A DNA stretch of 64,000 nucleotides from Chloroflexota bacterium (GTDB taxonomy: Bacteria; Chloroflexota; Dehalococcoidia; Lucifugimonadales; UBA3495): positions 1-64,000 of the forward strand of contig JAQBVF010000016.1 in assembly GCA_027623675.1 (NCBI GenBank), given 5' to 3'. This document shows, one piece after another, positions 48,495 to 58,560 of the stretch. The notes under the pieces were generated by a model. That model saw only the letters and a program-made list of their open reading frames with translations. It searched no databases and was not told the DNA's origin. The position numbers were made by a program, and so were the translations under genes. The first letter of the stretch is position 1. The number at the start of each line of letters is the position of its first letter.

Positions 48495-49430
48495 CTAGGC
48501 GTTCTTCTCCGCATCCAGGATGGCCTGTAGCACCGCCTCATCAACCCTTACCTCCACTCCGGCGCGCTCTTCCTGCAGCAGCATGGCAACGCGGGAGTCG
48601 CGGTTGCCCCAGCCCCGGTTGATGGCCTCGGTCATCTCCATCAGGGTCAGGTTGGCCAGACGCATGGGCACATCGAACTCGCGGCCGACGGACACGGCCA
48701 GGTCGACATCTTTGCGGGCCAGGTTCAGGGCGAAGTCGGCTGGATCGAACTTGCCGGGCAAAAGGTGCTCGGCCAGACCCTCAAAGGTCCCGCGCCGCCC
48801 CTGAGCGCCTTTGCGAACGGCCTGCCAAAGGGCCAGTGGCTCCACGCCAGCCTTGACCCCCATGGTGAATACCTCGGCCAGGGCTGCCTGCACCACGTAC
48901 CCGGTGCAGTTGTGCACCAGCTTGGCCACTGCGCCGCAGCCGATGGGGCCGACGTAGTAGGCGGCGTTGCCGATGGAATCCAATACGGGCTTGCAGCGGT
49001 CGAACACGTCTTTGTCGCCGCCGACCCAGATGGCCAGGTTTCGGCTGGCGGCGCCTCTGGGGCCGCCACTCACCGGAGCATCCAAGACGTCGATGCCTCG
49101 CGCCGCGGCCTCCGCGTGAATCTTCCGGATCATCCCCGGAGTGCTGGTGCTCAGGTCGAAATAGACCTTGCCCGCGCTCATGCCCTCCATGATGCCGGCC
49201 TCGCCCAGGGCCACCGCCTCAACCTGAGTTGGGCCTGGCAATGATGTGAAGACGATCTCCGACTGCTCAGCCACCTCTCTGGGGGAGTCGGCCCACGTTG
49301 CCCCGGCTTCCAGATGCCGGGTGGCCGAAGCCGGGTTGATGTCGTGGACCACCAGGTCATTTCCGCCGTCCAGGGCGTTGTAAGCCATATGGCCGCCCAT
49401 GGTGCCCAGTCCGATAAATCCTACCTTCAT
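48495..49430 (-). CDS. 3-hydroxyisobutyrate dehydrogenase-family NAD(P) oxidoreductase
   Basis: GFIGLGTMG, DAPVSGG, KLVHN. Confidence 0.9.
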   Translation of the reverse strand: MKVGFIGLGTMGGHMAYNALDGGNDLVVHDINPASATRHLEAGATWADSPREVAEQSEIVFTSLPGPTQVEAVALGEAGIMEGMSAGKVYFDLSTSTPGMIRKIHAEAAARGIDVLDAPVSGGPRGAASRNLAIWVGGDKDVFDRCKPVLDSIGNAAYYVGPIGCGAVAKLVHNCTGYVVQAALAEVFTMGVKAGVEPLALWQAVRKGAQGRRGTFEGLAEHLLPGKFDPADFALNLARKDVDLAVSVGREFDVPMRLANLTLMEMTEAINRGWGNRDSRVAMLLQEERAGVEVRVDEAVLQAILDAEKNA

Positions 49431-49593
49431 CTTGTCCTCCGCGGCGGGCGTAACCCGCGCATATCTATTCGCTCTGTGGCGGTGCGTAACATAACATAGC
49501 CCACCTTTATGGCACCACCAGCGCCAAGCATCGGGGAGTGGGGTAGAATTAGGGCGGATCAGGCCAGCGCGCCAATCGAGAACGGGGGCAATC

Positions 49594-50565
49594 ATGGTGG
49601 ACCAACGAGAGAGACTCTGGGACTTCGATTCGGTGGAACCGGGTCAGGTCGGCAACGAGACTGTGGTGGAGATCACGGCCGAGAATATCGAGGGATACGC
49701 TCGGGTCGCTTTGAACCCCGACCCCAGATACCGCGCCGGCGTCGGTGACTTGGTGGCCATGCCCAGCATGGTCCTCAGCTACGCGCCGCTGCTGCGGGAG
49801 GAGATCGCCGAGGCCAACGGATTTGTGGCCTTGGAACAGTCGACGACCGCCCGGCGGCAGACGCCCTTCGCCAAGTGCGAGATCCGCTGGTTCCTGCCGG
49901 TGAAGCCCGGCGACACCATCACGGGCCGGCGGCGGGTGCAGGAGAAGTATGAGCGCCGGGGCAGTAAGTTCGTTACCTTCAGGGTGGAGGCCATCAACCA
50001 GCGGGGCGAAAAGGCCGCTGAGTACGACTACACCTGCATCTTCGAGTACGCCAAGGGGCAGCGCGAGGTTCCCGGCAAGGGAGGCGCGCCAAAGCCGTCT
50101 GAACCCGCCGCCGCGCCTGTTACGTCCGGAGCAGGGTTGGTGGACTTTGGTTCAGCATCCGTCGGAGACAAGCTGGCTGAGTTGGCGATCACCGAGAGCC
50201 AAGAGATCATGAACCGCAAGAACGATTTCCGGCTGGCGGGAAGGCCCCACGACAGCAACATCCACACCGACGAGGAGTTCGCCAAGCAGAACATCTTCGG
50301 CAGCACCACCAACTCGGGGCCAGCCACCATGTCCTACGTGGACCAGATGCTGGAAAAATCCTTCCCCGTCAGCAGCTTCAACTCGGGCGGCACCCTGCTC
50401 ATGCGCGCCATCACACCCTTCCGGGGCGGCGACACAGTCAACTTCGAAGGCGAGATAACCGGCAAGCGCGATGAAGGCGGCAGGAAGCTGCTGGAATGCC
50501 GGGTCAAAGGCATCAACCAACGGGGCGAGTTGGTCTGTCTGTCGGATGCGGTTTTGGTTTTCTGA
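49594..50565 (+). CDS. Double hotdog-fold (MaoC-like) dehydratase
   Basis: Two MaoC-like halves (PVKPGDTI..YERRG and NIHTD..PFRGGDTV) joined by a Pro/Ala linker. Confidence 0.75.
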   Translation: MVDQRERLWDFDSVEPGQVGNETVVEITAENIEGYARVALNPDPRYRAGVGDLVAMPSMVLSYAPLLREEIAEANGFVALEQSTTARRQTPFAKCEIRWFLPVKPGDTITGRRRVQEKYERRGSKFVTFRVEAINQRGEKAAEYDYTCIFEYAKGQREVPGKGGAPKPSEPAAAPVTSGAGLVDFGSASVGDKLAELAITESQEIMNRKNDFRLAGRPHDSNIHTDEEFAKQNIFGSTTNSGPATMSYVDQMLEKSFPVSSFNSGGTLLMRAITPFRGGDTVNFEGEITGKRDEGGRKLLECRVKGINQRGELVCLSDAVLVF

Positions 50566-50575
50566 TCCTATTCCG

Positions 50576-50788
50576 CTAAGCGGGAACTTCCACCGTGTCA
50601 GACCAAGCCGATGGCTCCGGGATTGACAGGTTCTCCAGCCTGATTCCCTCTATATGAAACACGATTGCCTCACGAATATTGCGTTTGACCTCATCGGGCG
50701 TTTCACCGGTGGCGATGCATCCTGGCAGGTCAGGGACGTAAGCGGAGAAGTTTTCCTTCGTTCTTTCGTAGACCACTGCGTATCTCAT
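50576..50788 (-). CDS. hicB: HicB antitoxin (short form)
   Basis: YVPDLPGCIATGET..NIREAIVFH. Confidence 0.9.
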   Translation of the reverse strand: MRYAVVYERTKENFSAYVPDLPGCIATGETPDEVKRNIREAIVFHIEGIRLENLSIPEPSAWSDTVEVPA

Positions 50789-50988
50789 TATTCGTCCTCG
50801 AGCCTGAGCCCCGCTTGCTTCACGATACTGTTCCACGTACCGGGTGGCAGGTCATGACTCATCGCCCCCGCGATCGTAACTAATCCCAATTTAACTGGAT
50901 GTTTGTACTGACGATGGCTGCCCTTCGTCCGCGCCAGGTACCAACCATCTTGTTGGATGGCCCTTATGGCATCCCTAACTTTTGGCAC
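50788..50988 (-). CDS. hicA: HicA toxin
   Basis: DGWY..KGSHRQYKHP..DLPPGT; coupled to hicB. Confidence 0.9.
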   Translation of the reverse strand: MPKVRDAIRAIQQDGWYLARTKGSHRQYKHPVKLGLVTIAGAMSHDLPPGTWNSIVKQAGLRLEDE

Positions 50989-51098
50989 AAATTTTCAGCG
51001 CCAATTCGTTTAATAGCATAGTCGTCGTTTCTAAATTCGATTTTATCATTCGGCAACCGATTTAATTCCTGCTTGCCAAGCTCGCGCCATCGACCAAC

Positions 51099-51521
51099 CT
51101 ACCGCAGCTTCCCGTAGACGCGGTCCGGTTTCACCAGGACTATGACCGCGTCTTGTTTGACCATCGCCTCGTCGTATTCTTCCCAGTCCGGGTGTTCCTT
51201 GTCTCCGCAGGCCCGGAAGACCTCCCGCAGTTCCACCCGCATCTTCTCCGGGTCGGTGTTGCGGTAGTCCATGAGCGTGGCCTGGCCCTCAACCACGGCG
51301 CAGGTGCGCCAGTTGTCGGACACCGACATCACGGTGCACCTGGGGTCCCGCCTCAGGTTGCGCGCTTTGGCCGAACTGCCGCGCACGATCACGAACGCAG
51401 CGTTGCCCTGGTAGGCGCCGCACACCACGATGCTGGAATGGGCGGCGCCGTTCCCCTGAAACGTGGTGATCACGCCCCGGTGGTTCCGTTCAAAATGCGG
51501 CCGTATCTCATCAAAGTCCAA
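51099..51521 (-). CDS. PPOX-class probable F420-dependent oxidoreductase
   Basis: AKARNLRRDPR, EHPDWEEYDEAM; TTG start inferred. Confidence 0.82.
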   Translation of the reverse strand: MDFDEIRPHFERNHRGVITTFQGNGAAHSSIVVCGAYQGNAAFVIVRGSSAKARNLRRDPRCTVMSVSDNWRTCAVVEGQATLMDYRNTDPEKMRVELREVFRACGDKEHPDWEEYDEAMVKQDAVIVLVKPDRVYGKLR

Positions 51522-51667
51522 AACTCCACCTCGCGGTTGAATGGCTCGTGGCAGGGGCGCGTTCCGGCCCGGCTTCTGGTATACCATAGCAGACAACTAT
51601 CCTGCATCGTCATAGGCTGGCCCGATAAGCTGGCTGGCAGATGTCTTTAACCGCTAGAGGTCGTTAA

Positions 51668-52474
51668 GTGGAATATCGAGAGTTGGGCGGCACCGGGGAG
51701 ATGGTCCCCGAGGTTGGACTGGGAACCTGGAAGTACACGGGCGGCTCCGAACCCCTGCGGAAGGGCATCGAGCTTGGCGCCAACCTGATCGACACCGCCG
51801 AGATGTACCGCACTGAGGACGCCGTGGGCGTGGCCATCCAAGGCATCCGCGACAAGGTATTCTTGGCCACCAAGGTCTTGAGCAGCCACCTCCGGTATGA
51901 CGCCGTGCTGAAGGCCGCCGAAGACAGCCTGCGCCTTTTGAATGACGACGTCATCGACCTCTACCAGATCCATTCTCCCAATCCCGGCGTGCCCATCATC
52001 GAGACCATGCGGGCCATGGAAGACCTGGTGGACCGTGGCGTGGTCCGGTACATCGGGGTGAGCAATTTCTCGGTGGCCCAGCTCCGGGAGGCCCAGCAAG
52101 CGATGAACAGATACCCGGTGGTTTCCAACCAGGTGCTCTACAACCTCAAGCGGCGGCAGATCGAACGTGACCTGGTCCCCTACTGCGTGGACAACAAGAT
52201 CACCATCATGGCCTACACGCCATTGGCCGCCGGCGGGCTTTCGGGCCGGTCCTGGCTCATGCCCGACAAGAGGAGCGCGGTCCTGGCGGCGGTGGCCGAA
52301 GAGACCGGCAAAACCCCAGCCCAGGTCGCCCTCAATTGGTGCCTATCCCGGCCCAATGTGATCGTCATCCCCAAGAGCAACAGCGTCGCCCGAACGATCG
52401 AGAACTGCGAGGCCTCGGGCTGGTTGCTGACGGCCAGCCAGGTTGCAGCTCTGGACCAGGCCTACCCGATCTAG
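51668..52474 (+). CDS. Aldo/keto reductase
   Basis: GLGTW, DTAEMY, IDLYQIH, GVSNF, IPKS. Confidence 0.92.
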   Translation: MEYRELGGTGEMVPEVGLGTWKYTGGSEPLRKGIELGANLIDTAEMYRTEDAVGVAIQGIRDKVFLATKVLSSHLRYDAVLKAAEDSLRLLNDDVIDLYQIHSPNPGVPIIETMRAMEDLVDRGVVRYIGVSNFSVAQLREAQQAMNRYPVVSNQVLYNLKRRQIERDLVPYCVDNKITIMAYTPLAAGGLSGRSWLMPDKRSAVLAAVAEETGKTPAQVALNWCLSRPNVIVIPKSNSVARTIENCEASGWLLTASQVAALDQAYPI

Positions 52475-52542
52475 TTCTGTTGCCCCGGGCTCTTTCTTTT
52501 GGTGTCCGGGGCTTAGGGAAGGCGTTTCCAAGATAGCCTTAG

Positions 52543-52592
52543 TTGACAAATTATGGCACCCATTTTACCGTGTAAGCATGCGTTCACTTACA
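52543..52592 (+). promoter_or_regulatory. Promoter and probable TetR operator
   Basis: TTGACA (52543), 17 bp, TACCGT (to 52571); imperfect palindrome TGTAAG-N10-CTTACA at 52571-52592. Confidence 0.65.
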
Positions 52593-52609
52593 TCAATAGG
52601 GGTGCGGCT

Positions 52610-53206
52610 ATGATTCGGCAGACTTCCTCCATTCGTAGACACCAGATCATAGAAGCAGCCCAGGGGTTGATCACCAACCGAGGCATGGACGCGGTGACCA
52701 TCGACGCAATCGCGGAGGCGGTGGGGCTGAGTGAAGGGGCCATTTACCGGCACTTTTCCAGCAAGCACCAGATCCTGCTCCAGTTGATCGATGAGTTGGA
52801 ACAAGGTCTGCTGGCAACCGTGGAACTGGCCCAAACCACGCAGCCCGACGCCCTCCAAGCCATGGAATGTATCTTGGAGTCCCACCTGGCTGATGTGGAA
52901 GGTTCCCGTGGTGTGTCCTTCGTGGTGGTTTCAGGCGCCATGGGATTTGAAGGCATCGGTTTGTCGGACCGCGTCCGGGATATGCTAGACCGCTATCTGG
53001 ACGCCATCAAAGGGGTGCTGCGGCGCGGCGTTGCCGAAGGCCATTTCTATCGAGACCTAGATCTAGACGCCGCAGCCTTCACCTTTTTCGGGATGATTCA
53101 AAGCACCGCGACCATCTGGGCACTCAACGGGTATAGCTGGTCTCTCGACCAGTGGCGCAAGCAGATCCTGAACGTCTACATGCACGGAGTGGCAGCGCCA
53201 CGCTAG
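52610..53206 (+). CDS. TetR/AcrR family regulator
   Basis: IAEAVGLSEGAIYRHFSSK HTH. Confidence 0.9.
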   Translation: MIRQTSSIRRHQIIEAAQGLITNRGMDAVTIDAIAEAVGLSEGAIYRHFSSKHQILLQLIDELEQGLLATVELAQTTQPDALQAMECILESHLADVEGSRGVSFVVVSGAMGFEGIGLSDRVRDMLDRYLDAIKGVLRRGVAEGHFYRDLDLDAAAFTFFGMIQSTATIWALNGYSWSLDQWRKQILNVYMHGVAAPR

Positions 53207-53264
53207 TTGCCCACCCCCTCTACCCCGAGAACAACCAGCCCCGGCAGTCAAATAGGAGGCACAA

Positions 53265-54506
53265 ATGATGGCTATTATGGAAACCAACGACACAGAACGC
53301 GGGGAGTACTCAAGAAATGAGGACAGCCCAATCATCTCCGTGAGGTCCCTGTGGAAGGTCTTCGGCAAGAACCCGGACCGGGCACTCGAAGAGCCCTACG
53401 CCCGGCAGACCCGCGCCGAGGTCCAACAAGAGCTAGACCTGGTTGTAGCCCTCCGCGACGTGTCCTTCGATGTGGAGCGGGGAGAGACCTTCGTGGTCAT
53501 GGGTTTGTCGGGTAGCGGCAAGTCCACATTGGTGCGGTGCCTGATCAACCTGGTTGATGCGACATCCGGCGAGATACTGGTGGAAGGGAACGACATCACC
53601 AAGTTCAGCGCCAAAGAGCTGCAGGAATTCCGCCGTACCGAGATCGCCATGGTCTTCCAGAACTTTGGGCTGCTGCCCCACAAGTCGGTCCTGGAAAATG
53701 CCGCCTACGGGCTTGAAGTGCGGGGCGTAAATAAGAAAGAAAGGCATGCCATCGCCCAGGAAATGCTGGCGAAGGTGGGTTTGGCCGGTTGGGAGAACTC
53801 CAATCAACGGGAACTGAGCGGCGGCATGCAGCAACGGGTCGGACTGGCCCGTGCTTTGGCCGTCGACCCCGCCATCCTGCTCATGGACGAGCCTTTCAGT
53901 GGCTTGGACCCGTTGATCAGGCGGCAGATGCGAGAGGAACTGGCCGCCCTGCAAGACGAGATCCAAAAGACCATCATATTTATCACCCACGATCTGGATG
54001 AAGCCATCACCATCGGCGATCGTATCGCCATCATGCGGGATGGCGAGATCATCCAATTGGGCACGCCCAAGGAGATAATCACCGATCCCGCCGACGAATT
54101 CGTCCGGGAGTTCACCCAGGGCATCTCCGCGACCAAGGATATGGAGGTCGGCCACATCGTCAGCAAGCCCGACGTGGTCTGCTTCGAAACTGAATCGTGC
54201 GATGATCTGCTTGGCAGGATGGACCGGGCGCAATGCGACTACGCGGTGGGCATTGGCCAAGAGAAGAATTTCCTGGGCCTGATCAGCCGCGAGGAGTTGA
54301 GCGGCGCCAACGGTTCCAGCGCCAACGGCCTGTGCGGAGCGCTCGACCGTTCGGTGGTCCCGGTGCTGAATAACACCGTCCTAGAAGAGATAATCCCCCT
54401 TCTCACCGAAGACGGCCGCCCTCTGCCGGTGGTCGACGAGAACAACACTTTCGTTGGGGTCGCCACTCAGCAAGACCTGCTGAAGGCCGTGGCGACCGGC
54501 CTATAG
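53265..54506 (+). CDS. proV: Glycine betaine/proline ABC transporter ATP-binding protein with CBS domains
   Basis: MGLSGSGKST, LSGGMQQRVGLARA, MDEPFSGLDPLIR. Confidence 0.92.
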   Translation: MMAIMETNDTERGEYSRNEDSPIISVRSLWKVFGKNPDRALEEPYARQTRAEVQQELDLVVALRDVSFDVERGETFVVMGLSGSGKSTLVRCLINLVDATSGEILVEGNDITKFSAKELQEFRRTEIAMVFQNFGLLPHKSVLENAAYGLEVRGVNKKERHAIAQEMLAKVGLAGWENSNQRELSGGMQQRVGLARALAVDPAILLMDEPFSGLDPLIRRQMREELAALQDEIQKTIIFITHDLDEAITIGDRIAIMRDGEIIQLGTPKEIITDPADEFVREFTQGISATKDMEVGHIVSKPDVVCFETESCDDLLGRMDRAQCDYAVGIGQEKNFLGLISREELSGANGSSANGLCGALDRSVVPVLNNTVLEEIIPLLTEDGRPLPVVDENNTFVGVATQQDLLKAVATGL

Positions 54507-54573
54507 ACTCAGGTCCACTGGAAGCCATCTCGGCTGCCCAGTCTATCTGGCCGCCCAACTCTAGGAGAACATC

Positions 54574-55596
54574 ATGGTTACGAAAACACCACTCGCCAAA
54601 AGAATCGCCAGTATAGTCACTGGTACAAGCCCCGATACCGTTAGCAGCGAGGCTCAGAAGGCAGCCAGACTCGCCCTGGTCGCCATAGTCATCGGCGGCG
54701 CGCTGGTTGCGTCTTTCCTGATCCACCAATTCAACGCTCAGTCGGCCCTGGAATACCCCTCCAACGTGGGTCCTGACGTAACCAACGTGATTGACAACGC
54801 CATAGACTGGACCATCATCAACATGGCCTGGTTCTTCGATAGCATCAGCGACTTCCTCAAGATCGCGCTGGGCAAGCTCCGCGATTTCCTGGTCTGGGTC
54901 CCCTGGCCCGTTATGGTGGGACTGATATTCTTGGTCGGCTGGCGCGCAGCTTCACTCCGCATCGGTATAGCGTCAGCCATCGGCTTGCTCGCCATCGGGT
55001 TCGTCAACCTGTGGGAGCCGACCATGGTGACCGTAGCGATTCTGATCGTATCCGTGACCATCGCGGTGGTGATCGGCATACCGGTTGGAGTGCTAAGCGC
55101 TCGAAGCAACCTGGTGGACACAATGACCCGGCCGGTGCTGGACGCCATGCAGACCATGCCCAGCTTCGTATATCTGGTGCCCGGCATAATGCTGTTTGGC
55201 CTGGGCAACGTGGCCGCCGTGCTGGCCACGGTCCTCTATGCCATACCGCCTTGCATCCGGTTGACCAACCTGGGCATCCGGCAGGTCGACCCGTCCGTGG
55301 TGGAGGCGGGCCGTTCCTTCGGTTCCAGTCCCTTGCAGCTATTGATCAAGGTGCAGATACCCATGGCAATCCCCACCATCATGGCCGGCGTCAACCAAAC
55401 GGTGATGATGGCATTGGCCATGGCAACCATCGCAGCCATGGTGGGCGCTGGGGGCTTGGGCATCGAGGTCCTGCGTTCCATGGGGCAGCTGGAAGAGGGC
55501 CGGGCCTTCGTGGCCGGCGCCGCCATCGTGGTGATGGCGATCATCATCGACCGTATCTCCCAGGGGTATATCCTCTCCAAGGACAACCAGGGCTAA
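54574..55596 (+). CDS. proW: Glycine betaine/proline ABC permease
   Basis: LDAMQTMPSFVYL, IRLTNLGIRQV, MAGVNQT. Confidence 0.92.
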   Translation: MVTKTPLAKRIASIVTGTSPDTVSSEAQKAARLALVAIVIGGALVASFLIHQFNAQSALEYPSNVGPDVTNVIDNAIDWTIINMAWFFDSISDFLKIALGKLRDFLVWVPWPVMVGLIFLVGWRAASLRIGIASAIGLLAIGFVNLWEPTMVTVAILIVSVTIAVVIGIPVGVLSARSNLVDTMTRPVLDAMQTMPSFVYLVPGIMLFGLGNVAAVLATVLYAIPPCIRLTNLGIRQVDPSVVEAGRSFGSSPLQLLIKVQIPMAIPTIMAGVNQTVMMALAMATIAAMVGAGGLGIEVLRSMGQLEEGRAFVAGAAIVVMAIIIDRISQGYILSKDNQG

Positions 55597-55640
55597 ACGC
55601 AGGCCCGCCCCTGTTGCGCCGGTAATCCCGGAACAACTAG

Positions 55641-55690
55641 AAAGCCCCGTTCATCCGCGGATGAACGGGGCTTTGGAAGAACGGGGCTTT
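55641..55690. terminator. Bidirectional terminator: perfect 34-bp palindrome plus duplicated arm
   Basis: AAAGCCCCGTTCATCCG|CGGATGAACGGGGCTTT followed by GGAAGAACGGGGCTTT, between convergent proW and proX. Confidence 0.8.
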
Positions 55691-55728
55691 CTGATTCGCT
55701 CGAATGCTTGGTGGGCTGTAGTTGCGGT

Positions 55729-56835
55729 CTAACCCTCGTTGGCCAGCGCCTCTTCCACATTGGCTAGGACGTCGGCTGGGACCCAGGACTTCCAGGCATC
55801 GTTGTTCTTGAGATACCAGATGCCGGTGGCCGAGTATGCCTCTTCCGATGTATCGAAATTGTCCTTGTTCTCACCGTACCAGCCGTCAGCGGCCAATTGG
55901 TTGCTGGCAGACCAGTCCCAGTTCTTGAAGAACGGGATCAACTCGGGAGCTTCGGCCGACAGATCGGTGTTCATGGCGATCAGGATGTTGGCTGCGGGGA
56001 ATTCACACCCTAGAGCTGGGTCGTTATTGGGGCACTCCGAGGGGTCGGGCTGCTCCAAGCGGCGCATATCCAGTTCGAAGGCCAGCTTGGTGGGACCCCA
56101 GTAATAGAACAGGATCGGGTCCTCTTTCTTATAGGCGCCCTCGATGGCCGCGGCCAGAGCGCCGCCGGTGCCGGGATCGCGCAGTTCGACATGGTCGGAC
56201 AGTCCGTAGGCTTCAATCTGACCCTCGTTCACCGCCCGGCATGACCAAGATGCGATACAACCGACCAGAACGGCCTTTCCGCCGCTATCAGGCTCGGTGA
56301 AAAGATTCTTGTACTCATCTTTCTTCAGGTCCTGCACTGAAACCAGGCCGGGGTTGGCGTCGGCCAGGTAACCCGGGATGATGAACGTGCTTTGCCAGTT
56401 GTCTTCCAGGCTCCGTCCCACGGAGAAGACCTCACCGTCTTTGGTTGCTTCGTTCCAGGCATCGTTCTGGTTGGGCAGCCAGATCTCCATGGTAATGTCA
56501 ATGTCCCCATTGCGGAGACCCTGGAACAACGGAACGGTCCCACCCTCGATCTGGGAGGTGAGATAACCATAGCCATTCTCTACGATATACCGGGCAACGC
56601 CATTCTGTACCAGGGCGCTATCCCAGTTGAGACCAGCGAAGACCAACTCCCGTTTCTCTTTCTCGGGGGCTGTGACCTCAACTTCCTTGATCACCTCGAC
56701 CGGCACTTCCTTGGTGACTTCTTTGATCACTTCGACGGTCTGAATCTCGGTCCCACCGCAGGCAGCGGCGATAACCGAAAATGCCAAAACCAGAAGGACC
56801 AATAGGCCGGGCTTTTTTAAACCAGTAGATAACAT
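55729..56835 (-). CDS. proX: Glycine betaine ABC substrate-binding lipoprotein
   Basis: Lipobox AAAC, EVIKEV linker repeats, LNWDS, MEIW, FYYWGP. Confidence 0.85.
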   Translation of the reverse strand: MLSTGLKKPGLLVLLVLAFSVIAAACGGTEIQTVEVIKEVTKEVPVEVIKEVEVTAPEKEKRELVFAGLNWDSALVQNGVARYIVENGYGYLTSQIEGGTVPLFQGLRNGDIDITMEIWLPNQNDAWNEATKDGEVFSVGRSLEDNWQSTFIIPGYLADANPGLVSVQDLKKDEYKNLFTEPDSGGKAVLVGCIASWSCRAVNEGQIEAYGLSDHVELRDPGTGGALAAAIEGAYKKEDPILFYYWGPTKLAFELDMRRLEQPDPSECPNNDPALGCEFPAANILIAMNTDLSAEAPELIPFFKNWDWSASNQLAADGWYGENKDNFDTSEEAYSATGIWYLKNNDAWKSWVPADVLANVEEALANEG

Positions 56836-57078
56836 GTCGCAGACTCCATTTGGTGTTGTTTTGCCACCTGGGCGGCGGGCCGCTGCCAGGCGTTAGGCGC
56901 AAATAAAAATTCCCAGACAGGCCTTTTACTGCCTCGCCACACCCTAACGCACATCAGTGGACCAGTAAAATCTCAGGTGGGTGGCGCTCCTGACCCGGTA
57001 AGGCCCAGCCTGCGCTCCAAGCTAACAAACGAGCAAGTTTGCCCAAGTCAGGCGCGGCTGCCGCGTTTCTTCTTTGAT

Positions 57079-58560
57079 TCAGGAACGGGTGCCGCGTTTC
57101 ATTGCCAGCGCGGGGACGATGGCCGCCAGCGAGACCACGGACGCCACCAGGAAGAACCGTCGAAATAGCTCCAATCCCGCGGCGTTGAGATTGGCGGTGT
57201 ACTCGGCCGCCCGGCTTTCATATACACCGGCCCCATCGCCCAGTTGGGGCAAGGGAAATTCCAGCCCTAGGGTAAGCGTCTGGAAATGACCGACGCCCCA
57301 TGCCGAAAGCGCCGCCAGCCCCAACGTCATGCCCATCATCCGCGATACCACGACCAATGACGCCGCAGTACCCCGGTAGCCCTCGTCCGCCGCACCGATG
57401 GCATGGACCGTGATGGGTGCGATTACCAGGCCAAAACCGAAGCCGGCGATCAGGAGGTGAACCGTCAATTCGGGGTCACCCACACCCAGGTCCCAGCCGC
57501 TGGCCAGGAACATGCCCACCGAAACCATGGCCAAGCCCACGGCGGTCAGCGGGCCCGACCCCAGCCGTGTCACCAACATGCCCCCAACCACGGCGCCCAC
57601 CGGAATGATGCCGGTCAGCCGCAACAGCCACATCGCCCCAGTCAGCGGCGATTTGCCCATCACCGTATTGGCCATCAGGGGCACCGTGATCATGGCGATG
57701 ATCAGCGCCACACCGACCAGGACCTGGGTTAGGTTGGAGCTTAAGAATGCCCACGAGCGGAAGAGGAGCGGGGTGAGCAACGGCTGGTAGGTCCTGGCTT
57801 CCACCAGAACCAGCAGAGCAACCAAGCCCAAACCGCCGGCGGCCAACAGGAAGGGATAGGGCGAGTCGAAGGTGAACAAAGCCGTGCGGGACAAGGCCAG
57901 AGACAAGACCAACAGTGCTCCGACCAGGATCACCCCGCCCATGTAGTCCACTTTGGCCCGTTGGTCACGGCGGTTGGGCAGCCACATCAAGCCCAGGAAG
58001 ATGACCGCGCTTTGGGGAACGTTCAGCCAGAAGATCCAGCGCCAACCAAGGAGTTCTACGATGCCCCCGCCGTACGCCGGGCCCAGCATGGACCCGGCCT
58101 CCGCCGATGCCCCCACGATGCCGAGAGCCAGACCCCGCTGTTCCTTGGGGACCAGGGTGGTTGCCAGCGCCATGCCGATGGGCACCGTCGCTCCGCCGCC
58201 CACCGCCTGGACAACCCTGGCTCCGATCATCCATTCCAGGCTGGATGAGACCGCCACCAGGCTCGTACCGATGCAAAATACCACCAAAGAGGCCTGGTAG
58301 ACCCGCGGGTAGCCGTACACGTCGCCCAGGCGGCCGATCAGGGGCATGGCCACGGTATAGCCCAGCAGGTAGGCGGTTATGACCCAAGAGACCCGGTCTA
58401 ACTCGATGATGGGCACTTTCAGGTCCAGCATCACGCTGGGGAGGGCGGTAACCACCACGGTCTGGTCCAGGGCCGTGATGAATGCCCCCAGTCCTATCAG
58501 CCCCAGAACAAAGGATGTGGGCAGGGTCCGGTCCGTTCTCATCATGCCCTTAAACGGCAT
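57079..58560 (-). CDS. 14-TM MFS transporter resembling mycobacterial P55/Rv1410c
   Basis: ALDQTVVV, WVITAYLLGYTVAMPLIGRLGD, ASLVVVSRMMGMTLGLAALSAWG; ATG overlaps the upstream TAA. Confidence 0.85.
   Translation of the reverse strand: MPFKGMMRTDRTLPTSFVLGLIGLGAFITALDQTVVVTALPSVMLDLKVPIIELDRVSWVITAYLLGYTVAMPLIGRLGDVYGYPRVYQASLVVFCIGTSLVAVSSSLEWMIGARVVQAVGGGATVPIGMALATTLVPKEQRGLALGIVGASAEAGSMLGPAYGGGIVELLGWRWIFWLNVPQSAVIFLGLMWLPNRRDQRAKVDYMGGVILVGALLVLSLALSRTALFTFDSPYPFLLAAGGLGLVALLVLVEARTYQPLLTPLLFRSWAFLSSNLTQVLVGVALIIAMITVPLMANTVMGKSPLTGAMWLLRLTGIIPVGAVVGGMLVTRLGSGPLTAVGLAMVSVGMFLASGWDLGVGDPELTVHLLIAGFGFGLVIAPITVHAIGAADEGYRGTAASLVVVSRMMGMTLGLAALSAWGVGHFQTLTLGLEFPLPQLGDGAGVYESRAAEYTANLNAAGLELFRRFFLVASVVSLAAIVPALAMKRGTRS

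Noticed and set aside
56670..56740. EVIKEV-encoding repeats in proX as a repeat element
   Set aside because: A low-complexity lipoprotein linker within the coding sequence.
56920..56975. TTTTACTG..CAGTAAAA hairpin upstream of proX as a c-di-AMP or SAM riboswitch
   Set aside because: No conserved aptamer motifs recognised; only an imperfect inverted repeat.
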